From Batkoa obscura (lineage: Eukaryota), in the NCBI GenBank assembly GCA_030770535.1, contig JASVEC010000019.1:434001-498000 (forward strand): 64,000 nucleotides of DNA. Direction: 5' to 3'. Below the pieces are notes generated by a model, which saw only the letters and a program-made list of their open reading frames with translations, ran no database searches and was not told the origin of the DNA. Below are positions 1 through 12,750 of the stretch, piece by piece. The stretch's first letter is position 1. The number at the start of each line of letters is the position of its first letter. Made by a program: the position numbers and the translations under genes.

Positions 1-1161
1 GGATGGACACAATATTCTCTTATAGCCAAAGCTGCTGAAAAATACAATGGTGTGGTTTATGCCCTAGAACATCGATTTTATGGTGTTTCCTACCCCAAAC
101 CAGATTTAACCCTCGGTAGCTTGAAATATTTAACTTCAGAGTTGGCTATTGATGATTTAGCATATTTTGCTAAGAATATTAAGCTTCCTCAATCAAAAAG
201 GCTATCTTACCAAACTGAAAAGACTAAATGGATCCTTGCAGGAGGAAGTTATCCTGGAAATCTTGCAGCATGGACTCGCTTAAAGCACCCTGAAGTGTTC
301 CATGGTGCCATTGCATCCTCTGCACCAGTTGAAGCTAAAGAAGACTTTTTTGAATACGATCAACAGGTTCAAAGATCTTTAGCAGAGAACGGAGGAAAAC
401 AATGCGCCAATTACTACGTTGAAAATTTCAAAGCCATTAACAAAGTGTTACTCAAAGGAACTACACAGGAGAAAAAGGCATTAAAAGATAAATTTTCTTG
501 TGGTGATGTTGCTGATGACGCTTTTGGTTTAGCTCTAATTTATGTATCAGGTACTGTACAATACAATAACAACAATCGACCAGGAAATGTTGAAGAGTAC
601 TGTAAGACTCTTAAATTAAATGGTACTAGTACAGAAAAGCTCAATGACTTTGCCAGGGATTTCAAGAGCCGTTTAAGCATTTACCAGTGCAAAGATTTTG
701 TTGACTACTCTTATTATAAAAATACCAATAAACCATCACCAACTGAAGCTTATCGCCAATGGCTATACCAATCTTGTACTGAATTTGGGTACTGGCAAGT
801 AGCTCCTCATGAAGGATTTGATTCAGCTCGTTCCCAACTTTTAACTGTGCCATACTTTAGAAATCTCTCATGCGAGTTTATATTTGGTCCTAATGGCCCA
901 AAAAGACCAAATATTGATGAAACTAATCGTAAATACCAAGGGAAAAATATTAAAGTTGATAATGTTTTATTTGTAAATGGAGATCTTGATCCTTGGATGC
1001 CTCTTTCTATAACAAAGTCAACCAAAAGCTCTATGCCTTCAATTGTAATTAAGGGTGCATCTCATTGTGCCGATTTATCTTCGTTTAATCCTACAGATAC
1101 TAAAGAAGTCACTGAGGCTAAAGGCAAAGTCTTAGCATTCCTTGATGAGCTTCTAGTATAA
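1..1161 (+). CDS. Serine peptidase family S28 (prolylcarboxypeptidase-like), 5'-truncated by the window edge
   Basis: Frame is open from base 1 (GWTQYSLIAKAAEKYNGVVYALEHRFYG). Motifs LEHRFYG, GGSYPG (nucleophile Ser), ASSAPV, RQWLYQSCTEFGYWQ, NGDLDPW and GASHCADL are present. Confidence 0.93.
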   Translation, partial: GWTQYSLIAKAAEKYNGVVYALEHRFYGVSYPKPDLTLGSLKYLTSELAIDDLAYFAKNIKLPQSKRLSYQTEKTKWILAGGSYPGNLAAWTRLKHPEVFHGAIASSAPVEAKEDFFEYDQQVQRSLAENGGKQCANYYVENFKAINKVLLKGTTQEKKALKDKFSCGDVADDAFGLALIYVSGTVQYNNNNRPGNVEEYCKTLKLNGTSTEKLNDFARDFKSRLSIYQCKDFVDYSYYKNTNKPSPTEAYRQWLYQSCTEFGYWQVAPHEGFDSARSQLLTVPYFRNLSCEFIFGPNGPKRPNIDETNRKYQGKNIKVDNVLFVNGDLDPWMPLSITKSTKSSMPSIVIKGASHCADLSSFNPTDTKEVTEAKGKVLAFLDELLV

Positions 1162-1364
1162 ATAAAATTATATTTTTAAAAGTATCTATTTTTTGAGTGT
1201 AAAGCGAAAATGCTTTTATAGCGCCTTATATTATTATGAATGTGAACACTTATAGTTATGAAAAAAGCAACGTTATATATTAAACTATTAAGATTAGTAA
1301 AATCATAAAAAGAATAGAACATTTAAAACAGTTTATAAAGAGTTTTATCTTTTTAACACTATAT

Positions 1365-1462
1365 GGGGATGTTTTTTTTAGTTTCATCACTTTTTTGATT
1401 TTTTAAACATTTTTTGTACAAAAGGATTGTTGATACAATTCTTAAATAAAAAATACATCCCT
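1365..1462. mobile_element. MITE family A copy (degenerate)
   Basis: GGGGATGTTTTT...AAATACATCCCT termini, ATAT on both sides, interior similar to the other copies. Confidence 0.75.
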
Positions 1463-2682
1463 ATATGTATCTAGCTTCTAATAGTCTGATTTTTAAAACT
1501 AATTTTAGAAAAACACTTGCTAGTTCAAAAGACTAACAATACGTTTATTATGTAAAACAAAAAGAAAGCACTGGATGAGAATTTGGTTATTTTGAAAAAA
1601 CTATTAACAGTATCCTGGGATTGTTATAGGCACAAGCCCAAGGGGCTAAAAAGGTATTTATTAGTAACTTTCTGAACCGACTAAAAATGTCTCTTAATAG
1701 CTCAAGAAGTCCTAAGCTCATTTTATCCCAGAAAAAGCTATTAAGGAACAGAAAACTTTATTTTTTCAACATGTTTATGTTGTCATATATTTATTTTCAG
1801 TCTATTGTTTAAGTCTAAATTTTTATCTCTCGTAAAAATAGTAAATCCAAGAACTGAATAGAATTTTGTAAAATAGTAGTAGCTAAAGTAATGGATGTAC
1901 AATAGAAATAAGCAAAAGTTATTATTTTCTTTGACGTAGCTTTATTAAAAAAATGTATTTTTAAAAATAACTCTTTTTTGTTCCCTTGGTTTCTTCGCTA
2001 CTATGGCTCATTATTTGATAGAAACAACCATTTTAAATCGAATAAACTTTCTATCTAATCATTTTTATAAAGACGTGTATATCGCTTTACTTTATTATAA
2101 TATCTCTTATCAATATTTAAATGAATAACATAGCCTTATCGTTTATTAAAGAATACTTTTAAACTTGTTTTTAGAAATAATAGCGAAAAAATTTAATTAG
2201 AATAAAGTTGATCTCAATCTAAAATAATCTAAGATTGTCCACAATTACCAGATGACTTTAAAATACATCCCTAGCTTAATGCAATGGGAAGTTAAGTAGG
2301 GTATAACATTTTTGGTGCTGAATAATAGATCTCAGAATACTGGTATTAATTTTGATTTTACTAAAGATATTAAGTAGTCTATTATTGTCACTTTTTTATA
2401 ATTAGACGGTAGGGTTGTACTGTGAATAAGGCTAAATTTATATATTTTTATTAAAAGGAAGTCAAAGTTTGGAAAAAAATTATTAAAAGTTGATGATTGA
2501 AGCCTCTATATATGGAAAATTGTTAATGAATTTAGCCGGAGTGAAATGAACTTGACAAAATAAAACTAAAACCAAAATTACCAAACAAGGAAGTCCGGAA
2601 ATAAAAATTCGATAATCAGATAATGAATATAAAATTAATATAAAAGAAAACAATTATTCTTTTAAAAACGTAAACTATAAAA

Positions 2683-5600
2683 ATGTTTTTCAAAAAAAAA
2701 AATAAAAAAGATGAAGCAGAATCACTTCCTCCAGTTCCAATTTTAAAATTATGGAAGTTTGCCACATTTAACGATTGGATTATTTTGACATTTGCTTTTA
2801 TATTCTCAATCATAAATGGCGTTTCCCAACCTTTAATTGCTTTATTATTTTCTGGAATTGTAGGTGCTTTTGGAAATTATGCTATCAATTCTTCGAACGA
2901 TCCAATATTGGCTGCTGAAACCCTTAAATCCACGGTTACAATATTATGCCTTCAATTTTTAGGAGTTGGTATTGCAACTTTAGTTGCTGCTTATGGGCAA
3001 ATGAGCTTATGGATGGTAGTAGGTGAAAATCAAGCATTGCGTATAAGGCGAAACTACTATAAAGCAATTTTATCTCAAGAAATTAGTTGGTTTGATACTG
3101 TTTCTTCAGGGGATATAGCTTCTCGTATATCTGGAGATATTCATTTAGTACAAGATGGTATCTCTGAAAAGCTAGGGTTCATGATTCAAAACTTCTCTAC
3201 TTTTCTTTCGGGTTATATTGTAGCTTTTACTCAAGGTTGGAAACTTAGCTTGGTTTTAATGAGTGTAATGCCTTTAGTTACTTTAGTTGCTGTCCTTTTT
3301 ACCAAGGTAGTTGCTTTATTATCTACTGGAGGTCAAAATGCATATGGTAAAGCTAGTTCGGTGGCCGAAGAAGTATTATCATCCATTCGAACCATTTATT
3401 CTTTTGGGTCTCAAAGGAGAGAAACTGCAAGGTATGAAAAAGAACTTTTTCAAGCACGTAAGGATGGTCACAAAAGGTCAATCATTTCTGGAGTTAGTAT
3501 TGGAGGGATTGAATTTATTGTACTTTTGACTTATTCGCTTGGGATGTGGTATGGGAGTAAACTAATTACAGAGGAGGGTTACAAGCCAGAGAATGTAATT
3601 TCAGTATTTTTTTCAGTTGTTTTAGGAGCTCTATCAATTGGACATAGTTCACCGTTTCTGGCTGCATTAGCAACTGCACAAGGAGCAGCAGCTAAATTAT
3701 TTCAAGTTATTGAAAGAGAATCTAAAATCAATCCATTTATATGTGCTGAATCAACCAAACAAAGAGAGAGAAAGATAAAAAATTTCGAAGGTGAAATTCA
3801 ATTCAACAATGTTGTTTTTTCTTATCCAACGCGTTCCAATATTACCACATTAAACAATTTAAATTTAAAAGTTAACATTGGAACTACTGTAGCATTGGTT
3901 GGGCCCTCAGGATCTGGAAAAAGCACTACAATTGGATTAATTGAAAGGTTTTATGATGTAAGCTCAGGATCAATTACTATTGATGGAACAGATATAAGAG
4001 ATGTCAGCGTTGAATTTTTAAGAAACCATATTGGTATCGTTGGTCAAGAGCCTATCTTATTTTCTACATCCATTAAACAAAACATACTGTTTGGCCTGTC
4101 TAATGATGAATACAACGGAAAACAAAAGGATGGTGAAATAATTCAAAAAAGGATTGAAGAAGCTTGTAGATTAGCTAATATCCATGATTTTATAATGACT
4201 TTGCCTGAAGGTTATGAAACTCAGGTTGGTGAAAAAGGTTCTCTATTATCAGGTGGTCAAAAACAACGTATTGCTATTGCAAGAGCTTTAATTAAGAATC
4301 CAAAGATATTATTATTAGATGAAGCTACATCTGCCCTTGACTCGGAATCTGAAAAAATTGTTCAAATTGCTTTAAATAATGCTGCTAAAAATCGTACTAC
4401 AATTGTTATTGCTCATCGTCTATCTACAATTAAAGACGTAGATAAAATTTTAGTCTTTAGTAATGGTAAGATTGAAGAAGAAGGTACCCATGAAGAATTA
4501 TTAAAAGAGGGAGGTATATACGCTGGGTTGGTTGAATCACAGAAGATACGTACTGAAGAAGATCAAAATGAAGATCAAAGCTATTTGATCAATAAAGAGT
4601 TATCAAAAAATAAACAGAAAAATAAAACAATGAAGGAAACTACAGTACTAACTTTTGATGAGAAAGAAAACGAGATAATTAAAATCAAGTCAAATAAATC
4701 TATTTTGGAAGGAACAAAAACTGGAAAGCAATTTTCATCTTTAATAAGAGTGTTAATGATGACTGCTTCATGGAAAAGGATTACTTTATTAGGGATGATC
4801 GGATCCTTATGTATTGGTGCTATAGCGCCATTATATTCTCTAATATTGGGCCAGATATCTGTGTCATTTATTGAGATTGCTACAGTTGAGTTTCGCGAAA
4901 AAGGAATAGCAGACGCTAAATTTTACTGTTTAATGTTTGTTGCATTAGGAGCCTTTACTTTTATCACTGTAAGCCTTAAAGTAGGAGCCTTAGAATACGT
5001 TGGAGAGTCCATAACTTACGAGATTCGATTAAAGGCCTTTAAAAATTTACTAAATCAAGAAATTGCATTTTACGACAACCCTGATCATGGAGTTGGAATA
5101 TTGTGTGCTAAATTATCTGTTGAAGCTCAAAACGTTCAACAGTTGGTGTCCAAAGTTTCGGGCCCAGTTTTAATGGCTATTTCTTCATTTAGTGTGGGAT
5201 TGGGGATTGCTTTTTATTATGGCTGGAAACTTACTTTGGTTGTTTTAGTGTGTATACCGTTAGCTGCACTTATGGTGTTTTATGAAATCAAAGTATTGGA
5301 GGATTTGAATAGTAATGCTAAACAAAGTTATGAACAAGTTTCTCAAATTGCAACTGAATCTATTAAAAACATTCGTACTGTTACTGGGCTTAGCAAAGAA
5401 AAGGTATTCCTAGAAGATTATGAAAATTTGGTAGCCAAAGCGCATATTTCCACTTTAATTAGTATTTATAAAGCATCTTTTGGTTATAGCTTTGCTATGG
5501 GTGCACCATTTATTATTTATTCTCTGGCCTTTTGGTACGGAAGTACTCTAGTAATAAACAAAGAGTACGATTTTGCCCAGATGTTTCAGGTAGTAATTTC

Positions 5601-6495
5601 AGTAGTTTTTACTGGGTCTGCTTTAGGAAATTCATCGTCTCAAATCACCACTTATGTTAAAGCTAAAATTGCAGCCCAAGACATTTTTAAATTATTAGAT
5701 CGCAAATCGACTATTAACTGTGATGAAGATTATGGTACCCATCCAGCTAAATTAACTGGGAATGTAAAACTAACTAATGCTAGATTTTCATATCCCACAC
5801 GGTTGGATATACCTATTCTCCAGGGATTGGATCTTTCCATATTAGCTGGAAAACGAGTAGCTTTAGTTGGGTCTTCAGGCTCAGGGAAATCTACAGTAAT
5901 TAGCTTAATTCAGAGATTCTATGACTTGAACTCTGGTTCATTACATGTAGAAGGAACTAATATTAAAGAATGGAATTTGCCTTATTTGAGATCTGGTATG
6001 GCCATAGTAGGACAAGAGCCAGTCTTATTTGATTTAACTATTAGAGAAAATATAGCTTATGGTAGACCTGATGCAAGTGAAGAAGAAATTGTCAATGCTG
6101 CTAAGATGGCAAATGCTCATAACTTTATTTTGGAACAACCTGAAGGTTATGATACTAGAGTTGGTGAACGTGGTGGTAAATTATCTGGTGGCCAAAAACA
6201 AAGAATTGCTATTGCTAGAGCTGTACTCTTGAATCCTAAGTTGTTGTTATTAGACGAAGCTACCTCAGCTTTAGATTCTGATTCTGAAAAAGTAGTCCAA
6301 GTTGCATTGGATAAAGCTGCAGAAGGTAGAACAACGATTACTATTGCTCATCGTCTTTCTACAGTACAAGATTGTGATTGTATTATAGTAATGAAATTGG
6401 GTAAGATCGTCGAAATAGGTACCCATGAAAAACTATTAAATATTAGAGGATTTTATTATTCTTTAGTCCATCAGCAGCATCTTCATAAAAGTTAA
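2683..6495 (+). CDS. ABCB/MDR1-type full-length ABC transporter (P-glycoprotein-like), intronless
   Basis: 1270-aa ORF with TMD-NBD-TMD-NBD layout. Walker A GPSGSGKST and GSSGSGKST, LSGGQKQRIAIAR signature twice, LLLDEATSALD twice, IAHRLST twice. Confidence 0.97.
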   Translation: MFFKKKNKKDEAESLPPVPILKLWKFATFNDWIILTFAFIFSIINGVSQPLIALLFSGIVGAFGNYAINSSNDPILAAETLKSTVTILCLQFLGVGIATLVAAYGQMSLWMVVGENQALRIRRNYYKAILSQEISWFDTVSSGDIASRISGDIHLVQDGISEKLGFMIQNFSTFLSGYIVAFTQGWKLSLVLMSVMPLVTLVAVLFTKVVALLSTGGQNAYGKASSVAEEVLSSIRTIYSFGSQRRETARYEKELFQARKDGHKRSIISGVSIGGIEFIVLLTYSLGMWYGSKLITEEGYKPENVISVFFSVVLGALSIGHSSPFLAALATAQGAAAKLFQVIERESKINPFICAESTKQRERKIKNFEGEIQFNNVVFSYPTRSNITTLNNLNLKVNIGTTVALVGPSGSGKSTTIGLIERFYDVSSGSITIDGTDIRDVSVEFLRNHIGIVGQEPILFSTSIKQNILFGLSNDEYNGKQKDGEIIQKRIEEACRLANIHDFIMTLPEGYETQVGEKGSLLSGGQKQRIAIARALIKNPKILLLDEATSALDSESEKIVQIALNNAAKNRTTIVIAHRLSTIKDVDKILVFSNGKIEEEGTHEELLKEGGIYAGLVESQKIRTEEDQNEDQSYLINKELSKNKQKNKTMKETTVLTFDEKENEIIKIKSNKSILEGTKTGKQFSSLIRVLMMTASWKRITLLGMIGSLCIGAIAPLYSLILGQISVSFIEIATVEFREKGIADAKFYCLMFVALGAFTFITVSLKVGALEYVGESITYEIRLKAFKNLLNQEIAFYDNPDHGVGILCAKLSVEAQNVQQLVSKVSGPVLMAISSFSVGLGIAFYYGWKLTLVVLVCIPLAALMVFYEIKVLEDLNSNAKQSYEQVSQIATESIKNIRTVTGLSKEKVFLEDYENLVAKAHISTLISIYKASFGYSFAMGAPFIIYSLAFWYGSTLVINKEYDFAQMFQVVISVVFTGSALGNSSSQITTYVKAKIAAQDIFKLLDRKSTINCDEDYGTHPAKLTGNVKLTNARFSYPTRLDIPILQGLDLSILAGKRVALVGSSGSGKSTVISLIQRFYDLNSGSLHVEGTNIKEWNLPYLRSGMAIVGQEPVLFDLTIRENIAYGRPDASEEEIVNAAKMANAHNFILEQPEGYDTRVGERGGKLSGGQKQRIAIARAVLLNPKLLLLDEATSALDSDSEKVVQVALDKAAEGRTTITIAHRLSTVQDCDCIIVMKLGKIVEIGTHEKLLNIRGFYYSLVHQQHLHKS
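5915..6384. repeat. 470-bp tract identical (inverted) to 23291-23760, NBD2 of the second ABCB gene
   Basis: Read-through comparison shows identity including synonymous sites, while the flanks diverge. Confidence 0.9.
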
Positions 6496-7463
6496 TATCT
6501 GTTTTTTATATGTAATAAAAGTAATTTGATTTGAAAATACGAGGTTTTTTTATTTGATATAAAATAAAAATTTACACCAGATCTTTTGAGACACTTTAAA
6601 AAGCGAATTGGACTACTATAGAGTAGAATATATTTGTGAAGCAAAAGGGTTAAAACAAAGAGGTTATTATAAAATCGAACAATGGAAATTAGCAATATAT
6701 TATGTAAATATAGCGCGTAAAGTTCTACTATTATCAACTGTTTAAAGATTATTTCTCTACAAACCAATGGTGTTTCATAAAATTGCATATTAAGAAGTAA
6801 AGAATCCAGAAAATAGGATTACAAATACAGTGAGAAAATGACTTAAAGTTTATGAAATTCATACTTTTCACTATTATAACATTTTACATCCAAATTGGTG
6901 AATTTGTATCAACAATTGGAGTTGGTTACATTAATTAGGTCAAATTGAAGTAAAATATACGCTATAAATACGTACTTCTAATTCAGCTTAGCCTAATTTC
7001 GAAACCACCAGTTTGAACGCAAAATGTTATATGCTATGTAAGTGCTTGTAATCTTTTTAAGAAAAAGATAAGATCTAAAGTGGACAATAGTGTAGATAAT
7101 GATCAGTATTACGATACTGAAGTATTTATGCTTCATTTGTATCAGTTGAACTGATTGTTCCAATCAAAAGCAAAATTTCAAGACTTATTTTTATCATTTT
7201 AAATGTTAAAAAAGCTTATGATATAAGTTTAAAATATGAACATTTTGATTAAGCTTTAATACTTATTTTTTAAGGAGCCAGATAAAATCATAAATTTATA
7301 AATTTATAAAATTACCTCTAAAATTGGAGAAATAGATGTTAGATGTTAGTAAAGGAACTATTGGAGCTCTTAATACGAAATTGCTTTATTTATACACTAC
7401 CACCGTGGCAGTTTGTTTTGTAATATTGCTAGACAAAGTTTTTTTTTAATTATTTTAATATAT

Positions 7464-7533
7464 GGGGGTGTTTTTTTGGCTTCATGACTTTTTCTATCTT
7501 TTAAGCACTATTTAAATGAAAAAATTATTAGTA
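7464..7533. mobile_element. MITE family A copy, truncated
   Basis: ATAT-GGGGGTGTTTTTTTGGCTTCATGAC...TTTAAGCACTATTT matches the family; the right terminal repeat is missing. Confidence 0.7.
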
Positions 7534-7910
7534 TCTATGTTCAAATTTGGCAAATAATTTTGCTGTGAATTTAAAAAGGATGATCATTAATAGTTTTTTA
7601 CTATACTATTTTAAATGTTAAAAAGCAGAGGTTTTATTAATATAAGATTGATTTATTTTGCTATTACTCTGTAAATAATCGAAATATGTAAAATTTTATT
7701 TTTAGTTGCAATGATTAACTCAACCAGTGTAGCTTAATTTTGGGGTTGTAATTTGATTTTTTAGGCAAATCAATTACACTGAAATTAAATATACTATCTC
7801 TTTTAACCAATTAATTTAGTTTTAATAATTAGAATTTGAACTAATAATTTTTTTCTGTTTTCTATATTTGAAGTGAAAATCAAGGATCTTTATAACCGGA
7901 TAAAAAAGGA

Positions 7911-8500
7911 ATGAATCATTATGAAGTATTGAACATAAATGAAACTGAATTTAACAAACAAATATTAAGAAAAAGATATCAAGAATTGGTACTAAAGGTA
8001 ACATATAATAAAATTATAATAATTATATAGTGAGATGCTGAATTAAATTATTAATAATTAGCACCATCCAGATAAGCAAAAACAAAGAGGCGAAAAAGAA
8101 GACCAAAAAATATTTGAAAAGATACAAAAAGCTTATCTCATATTATCAAACGAAGAATTAAAGCATGTTTATGACTTGGGATTAAATGGTGAGCATTAAA
8201 TAATAATGGTGGTAGTAGTAGTTAATGTTGTTTACTTATAGAAAGAAGATTATCTCAGCCCGGAGTAATCGACCAAATAGTAGAAATAGATGATTTTACA
8301 GAAGAGGAAGAAGGTAAGAAAGACGATATATATCTAAAATAAATAGACTTAATTTAGTAGGAATATATACTTTTCCATGTCGTTGTGGAGAATACTATTT
8401 AATTGAAGATATTGAAGGAGTTAAAAAAGAACTAGAAGTTGGGTTATCCGTTTTAATTAATTGTGTCTCTTGCTCTCTTTTAGTTGATATTCATTGTTAA
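7911..8500 (+). CDS. DPH4: Diphthamide biosynthesis protein 4 (DnaJ domain plus CSL zinc finger), 4 exons; absent from the ORF track
   Basis: Exons 7911-7997, 8062-8188, 8242-8313, 8361-8500 with GT-AG introns give MNHYEVLNI..LRKRYQELVLK|HHPDK..FEKIQKAYLILSNEELKHVYD..|..YTFPCRCG..LINCVSCSLLVDIHC*. Confidence 0.88.
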
Positions 8501-9630
8501 GTCTTTATAGTTACATGCATATTATATTCATTATTATTCGTATCTATCAGTTTTATTTTTAAGATTGAATTCCTATTCTATAATTATCTTGTTTATAAGA
8601 TTATCGCTCAAAGACATTTGACTATTGTTTTGAAAACAATCTTTGTTCAAAGTAAATTTAAATAAACACCTCACTTAAAATTTGTTTCAAAGATAATAGC
8701 CACATATATCATTGTTTCTAATAATAAAATTATCTGGTGTTATTGTAAATTAATTCAAGAAATAAGTAAGACTCTACTTTAAAGAAATCAAATATTGAAT
8801 TGAATAATTAGAAATATAAAATGTACAATTAAATCATTTATTATAAAGTGTATACATTTTTATTATCTATTTATACAAGGATAAATAATGAAATGACCAA
8901 ATTTAGTTTGATTAAAAATAGGACTTAAAGGGATGTTGACATTGCTATATTTTATGTAATTAGACTATTAACTATTATAAGCATAATGATAAAAAATTTG
9001 ATATTATCACATTTGAAGCAAAAAAATTTTAATCACATAATATTATACTTAATGGAATAAAATAACAGCTAAGAAAAAGCGACAATGTTATTTGAAGTAA
9101 TAAAGCAATAAAATAGTAGAAAGTAAATTGTTATTTTTGAATGTAATAACAGACTTCAATTGACTATCTATAAAACCAAGGGACATTGCTAAAATTAGAA
9201 GTCTATAATGATAATTATAGTAACTATCCGCCAATAGCGTCTGCAGTTTTTACGTTATAAATGAATTAAAAGTTAAAATTACAAGTTTCAAATTATTATA
9301 AAATTAATTTAACCATAAACTATAAATGATATAATTTCAAGAATAAATTATCACTAGTAATTTATTATTCATTTTGATTTTGATTTGCGTGCAGCACTAA
9401 TAATAGTGTATTTTATTTAGAAATTATACTTGGACTTCTAATTTTGTCACATTATATTCTCTTGATTAGTTATCTGCATTTTCTATTTGTTTTAGTTTCC
9501 TGTTTATAATTTTTAAATTACCACTTAGAAGCTATAAAAATGTTCGATTCTATTCAATTAAAAAATAAATTTCAATTTTTTATTACTTTACTTTGTTACT
9601 CTTTAAATTTTTAAGTTTAGTTAATCCATA

Positions 9631-10596
9631 ATGTTCCAAAAAGATAACGAAAGTAATAACAGTAACTTTATTTTAAATAGTGAAGAGCCAGTCTTAGACT
9701 CTATTTATATTAATCATGATAATAGCCATGATAACAACAACAATGATATGATATCTAATACAACTAATCCACCTCACTTTTCTTATAACATGTTACCAAT
9801 AATTGATGAGACAAGTATATATACAACTAATCCCATGATTGACACTATTTTTTATCCGATTCATGAAGACCCTTATTTGAATTACTATAATCAAACTTAC
9901 AATACCCAAAACAGCAATGATAATGTCAATAATATTAATAAAATGGGTGTTAAGCAAAATTTAATGTCTTATATTAAAGAGAGAGACAGTGAAGTTCAAT
10001 TAACTATTGATAGTGAAGATAATGAGAGGAACATAAATAATTTATTAAGTAGTAGTAATAACAACATTTATAACAATGAAAATACCAATTTAAATTATTA
10101 TCTAAATTATAACAATTCAATGAATGATGATATGAGAATGACTGAAGGTATTGGAAATAATCAATATAGTGAACTAAACCATCGTGGAAGAGGAAGAACA
10201 TTATCAGAGCCCAATCTTGTCCACTATTTCCAATTTAACAATAATGATAATGATAACGATAATGAACCTAAAGGACCCAAAGTGTATAATGATCGTACGA
10301 ATTCATTAGATAATAACGTTATAATTACTAATCCCAATAACCCTATTATTCCCAAGAAAAAAAGTGTAAGAAGAGGTAGTTTAGCAAGTAACACAGGCCC
10401 ACAACAGCCCCATATATGCGTTTATGAGAGTTGTAAAAGAGTATTCAAGCGACCTGAGCACCTTAAGAGACACTATCAATCATTACACACCAGCTACAAG
10501 CCATATGCTTGTACCCACTGTCAAAAAAGATTCGCTAGGTCTGATAATTTAAACCAGCATTTGAAAATTCATGTTCCTAAAACTAATAGTAAATAA
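9631..10596 (+). CDS. Msn2/Msn4-like C2H2 zinc-finger transcription factor
   Basis: Asn-rich N-terminus, RRGS PKA-type site, two C-terminal fingers with helices KRPEHLKRH and ARSDNLNQH. Confidence 0.88.
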   Translation: MFQKDNESNNSNFILNSEEPVLDSIYINHDNSHDNNNNDMISNTTNPPHFSYNMLPIIDETSIYTTNPMIDTIFYPIHEDPYLNYYNQTYNTQNSNDNVNNINKMGVKQNLMSYIKERDSEVQLTIDSEDNERNINNLLSSSNNNIYNNENTNLNYYLNYNNSMNDDMRMTEGIGNNQYSELNHRGRGRTLSEPNLVHYFQFNNNDNDNDNEPKGPKVYNDRTNSLDNNVIITNPNNPIIPKKKSVRRGSLASNTGPQQPHICVYESCKRVFKRPEHLKRHYQSLHTSYKPYACTHCQKRFARSDNLNQHLKIHVPKTNSK

Positions 10597-11601
10597 GGCA
10601 TTAAATGACATCATTGTTGCCTTTATTTTTTGATTCCATTTTTAGTTTGTTTTATCTATCTCTTGTGCTTTCTCTCTCTTTCCCTTCTTTTTTAGACTAT
10701 CTTATTTTTAAGTTTATTTTCATTGTATATGTATAAATATATAATAAAAAATAAAAAGTAGTTTAATAAAAAGTTATTTTTAATAATAGGAATAATAAAC
10801 AGCCACCTGTTCACTTTGTATTGTTCTAATTGTATTTAATTAAATTATTTTTTCATTATTTTATTTAATAATTTTACATCTATTTTGAGCTTTATCTTCA
10901 GGTTTATCCTAATCTTTTGGTGTGCGAATTATGTGTTCTCTGGCTCACTTTATCAATGTTTCAAAAACCAGTTACTCAACTTCGAGCCTTAAAAGGATTT
11001 ACTATTATTAAGAGATAAAAATAAATAGTAAAGGAGCATCAGGTTGTGATTCCGATGATAGTAACTTTGTGTTGTTGGTGTTTAATTTGGATGTTTTATT
11101 AATTCATTATTTGAGGTAAATTTAACCTTAAAATGATCCTTTATTAAAAGAATCCCATTTTTTAATAGCATTTATAGTGGAAAATCTCAAAAAAGAATAG
11201 ATGATAGCAACTTTATTGAGAACTGGCGTTATTATTTATGCTTACTGTACTTGCTTAATAAAATTTATTTTTCCAAATTAATCTCGAGTTTTTGAGCTCT
11301 TGTTTTTTTGTAAAGAACTCAAAATTAAATCGAAAGTTCTTTTTATTAAAGAATTTGTTTTTTATTTCAACAATTTTTTAGCTGACTATTTTTAAAGTTC
11401 TCTAACTAATTTCAAACTAGCGTTTATGTTTCAAGATTTATTTGATTTCATTCTAATTGTCAAGTAAAACAAAAATAAAATATATAAAAATAAAATATCA
11501 ATGAATTTAAGGTTTACTCTTTTTTTCTTTAATTTATAATTATAACTACAGTTTATATTTTATATTCTATACTTACATTGATTTCTATTATACCAATCAA
11601 C

Positions 11602-12750
11602 ATGAAATCTTACTCATTTATAGTGTTATTTATTTCTTCATATCTATCTAATAATAATTTTATTCAGACTAATGAAAATAGTGATTTTTTAAACTCGTGG
11701 AACAACATGGATCATAGTTCTGATAATTATTATAATAAAAAAAATTTAAACGATTTATATCCTCAAACCGAAATTTTAGATAGAAATGAAGACTCATATA
11801 ATAACGATAAAAGTATAAGCATTAACAATATTAATAATAATGTTAAATCCGAAATCTTATCACCTTATTCAAATTTTTTATCTTCAAGTAAATTAAATAA
11901 AGATAATATAAGTGACAATAAAAATAGGATTCCAATAATAAGTGGCAATAAAAACGAGATTGCTATGCTAAATAACAATATAAATGAGGTTCCAGTAATA
12001 AATAAACCACAACAATCTCCATCAAATAATAAAGCAAATATAGGGAATGATGACCTTGCCATGCTATTAAATGGAATCAAATATACACCAGTAGTATCAA
12101 ATAGCAACCCTAATCCAAATCTAAATTCGAATTTGCCTACTCCAAATAACAATTTAAATCCTAGTTCCCATTATTTATTCCCCTCCTCTTTATTATCTTC
12201 CTTATTATCTACTATCAATGTTTCCCCTACCTTACCTCCCACTTCGTCTCCCACCTTGTCTCCTATTAATAGTTTAATTAGCCCTACTTTACCTTTACCA
12301 ACTACCACTTCCATTCCCTTAAGTTCACCTACTCTTGCTACTACTTCTACTCCTCTTTTACCCAGTCCTACCTTGTCCAGTCCTCTTTCTTTTATCACTA
12401 CAGAAACTTTATCCAACACATCTCCACCCGCACCAACGTCCAGTTTATCTCTCTCCGATTGTATATCATTCCAAAAAAATTGTCGAGATAATCAATGTGC
12501 TAATAAAAGTGGAGTTAAATTTATGAGTTGTAACCAACAGGGTAGCTGTGTTTGTAATTCCGATGATGATCCAGATACTACTGTTAGTAGCTCAGAAGAA
12601 GATAGTACTACAGTCAGTAGTAGTAACAATAATAGCGAGAGTGGAATTGATGACTTTTTTACTAGTAATGCCACGTTGAACTTACATGGTGCTAAAAATA
12701 AGGTGTTAGCTCAATTAATCATTTGTTTTACTGTATTTTTAATAAGCTGA
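11602..12750 (+). CDS. Putative secreted/GPI-anchored Ser/Thr/Pro-rich cell-surface protein with a 6-Cys module
   Basis: ATG at 11602 starts a hydrophobic N-terminus (MKSYSFIVLFISSYL), followed by an Asn-rich region, SPT repeats, C-x6-C-x4-C-x10-C-x5-C-x-C, and a hydrophobic C-terminus (VLAQLIICFTVFLIS). Confidence 0.7.
   Translation: MKSYSFIVLFISSYLSNNNFIQTNENSDFLNSWNNMDHSSDNYYNKKNLNDLYPQTEILDRNEDSYNNDKSISINNINNNVKSEILSPYSNFLSSSKLNKDNISDNKNRIPIISGNKNEIAMLNNNINEVPVINKPQQSPSNNKANIGNDDLAMLLNGIKYTPVVSNSNPNPNLNSNLPTPNNNLNPSSHYLFPSSLLSSLLSTINVSPTLPPTSSPTLSPINSLISPTLPLPTTTSIPLSSPTLATTSTPLLPSPTLSSPLSFITTETLSNTSPPAPTSSLSLSDCISFQKNCRDNQCANKSGVKFMSCNQQGSCVCNSDDDPDTTVSSSEEDSTTVSSSNNNSESGIDDFFTSNATLNLHGAKNKVLAQLIICFTVFLIS

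Noticed and set aside
11865..12674. Antisense and alternate-frame ORFs over the mucin-like gene
   Set aside because: Shadow ORFs caused by repetitive Ser/Pro/Thr/Asn codons.
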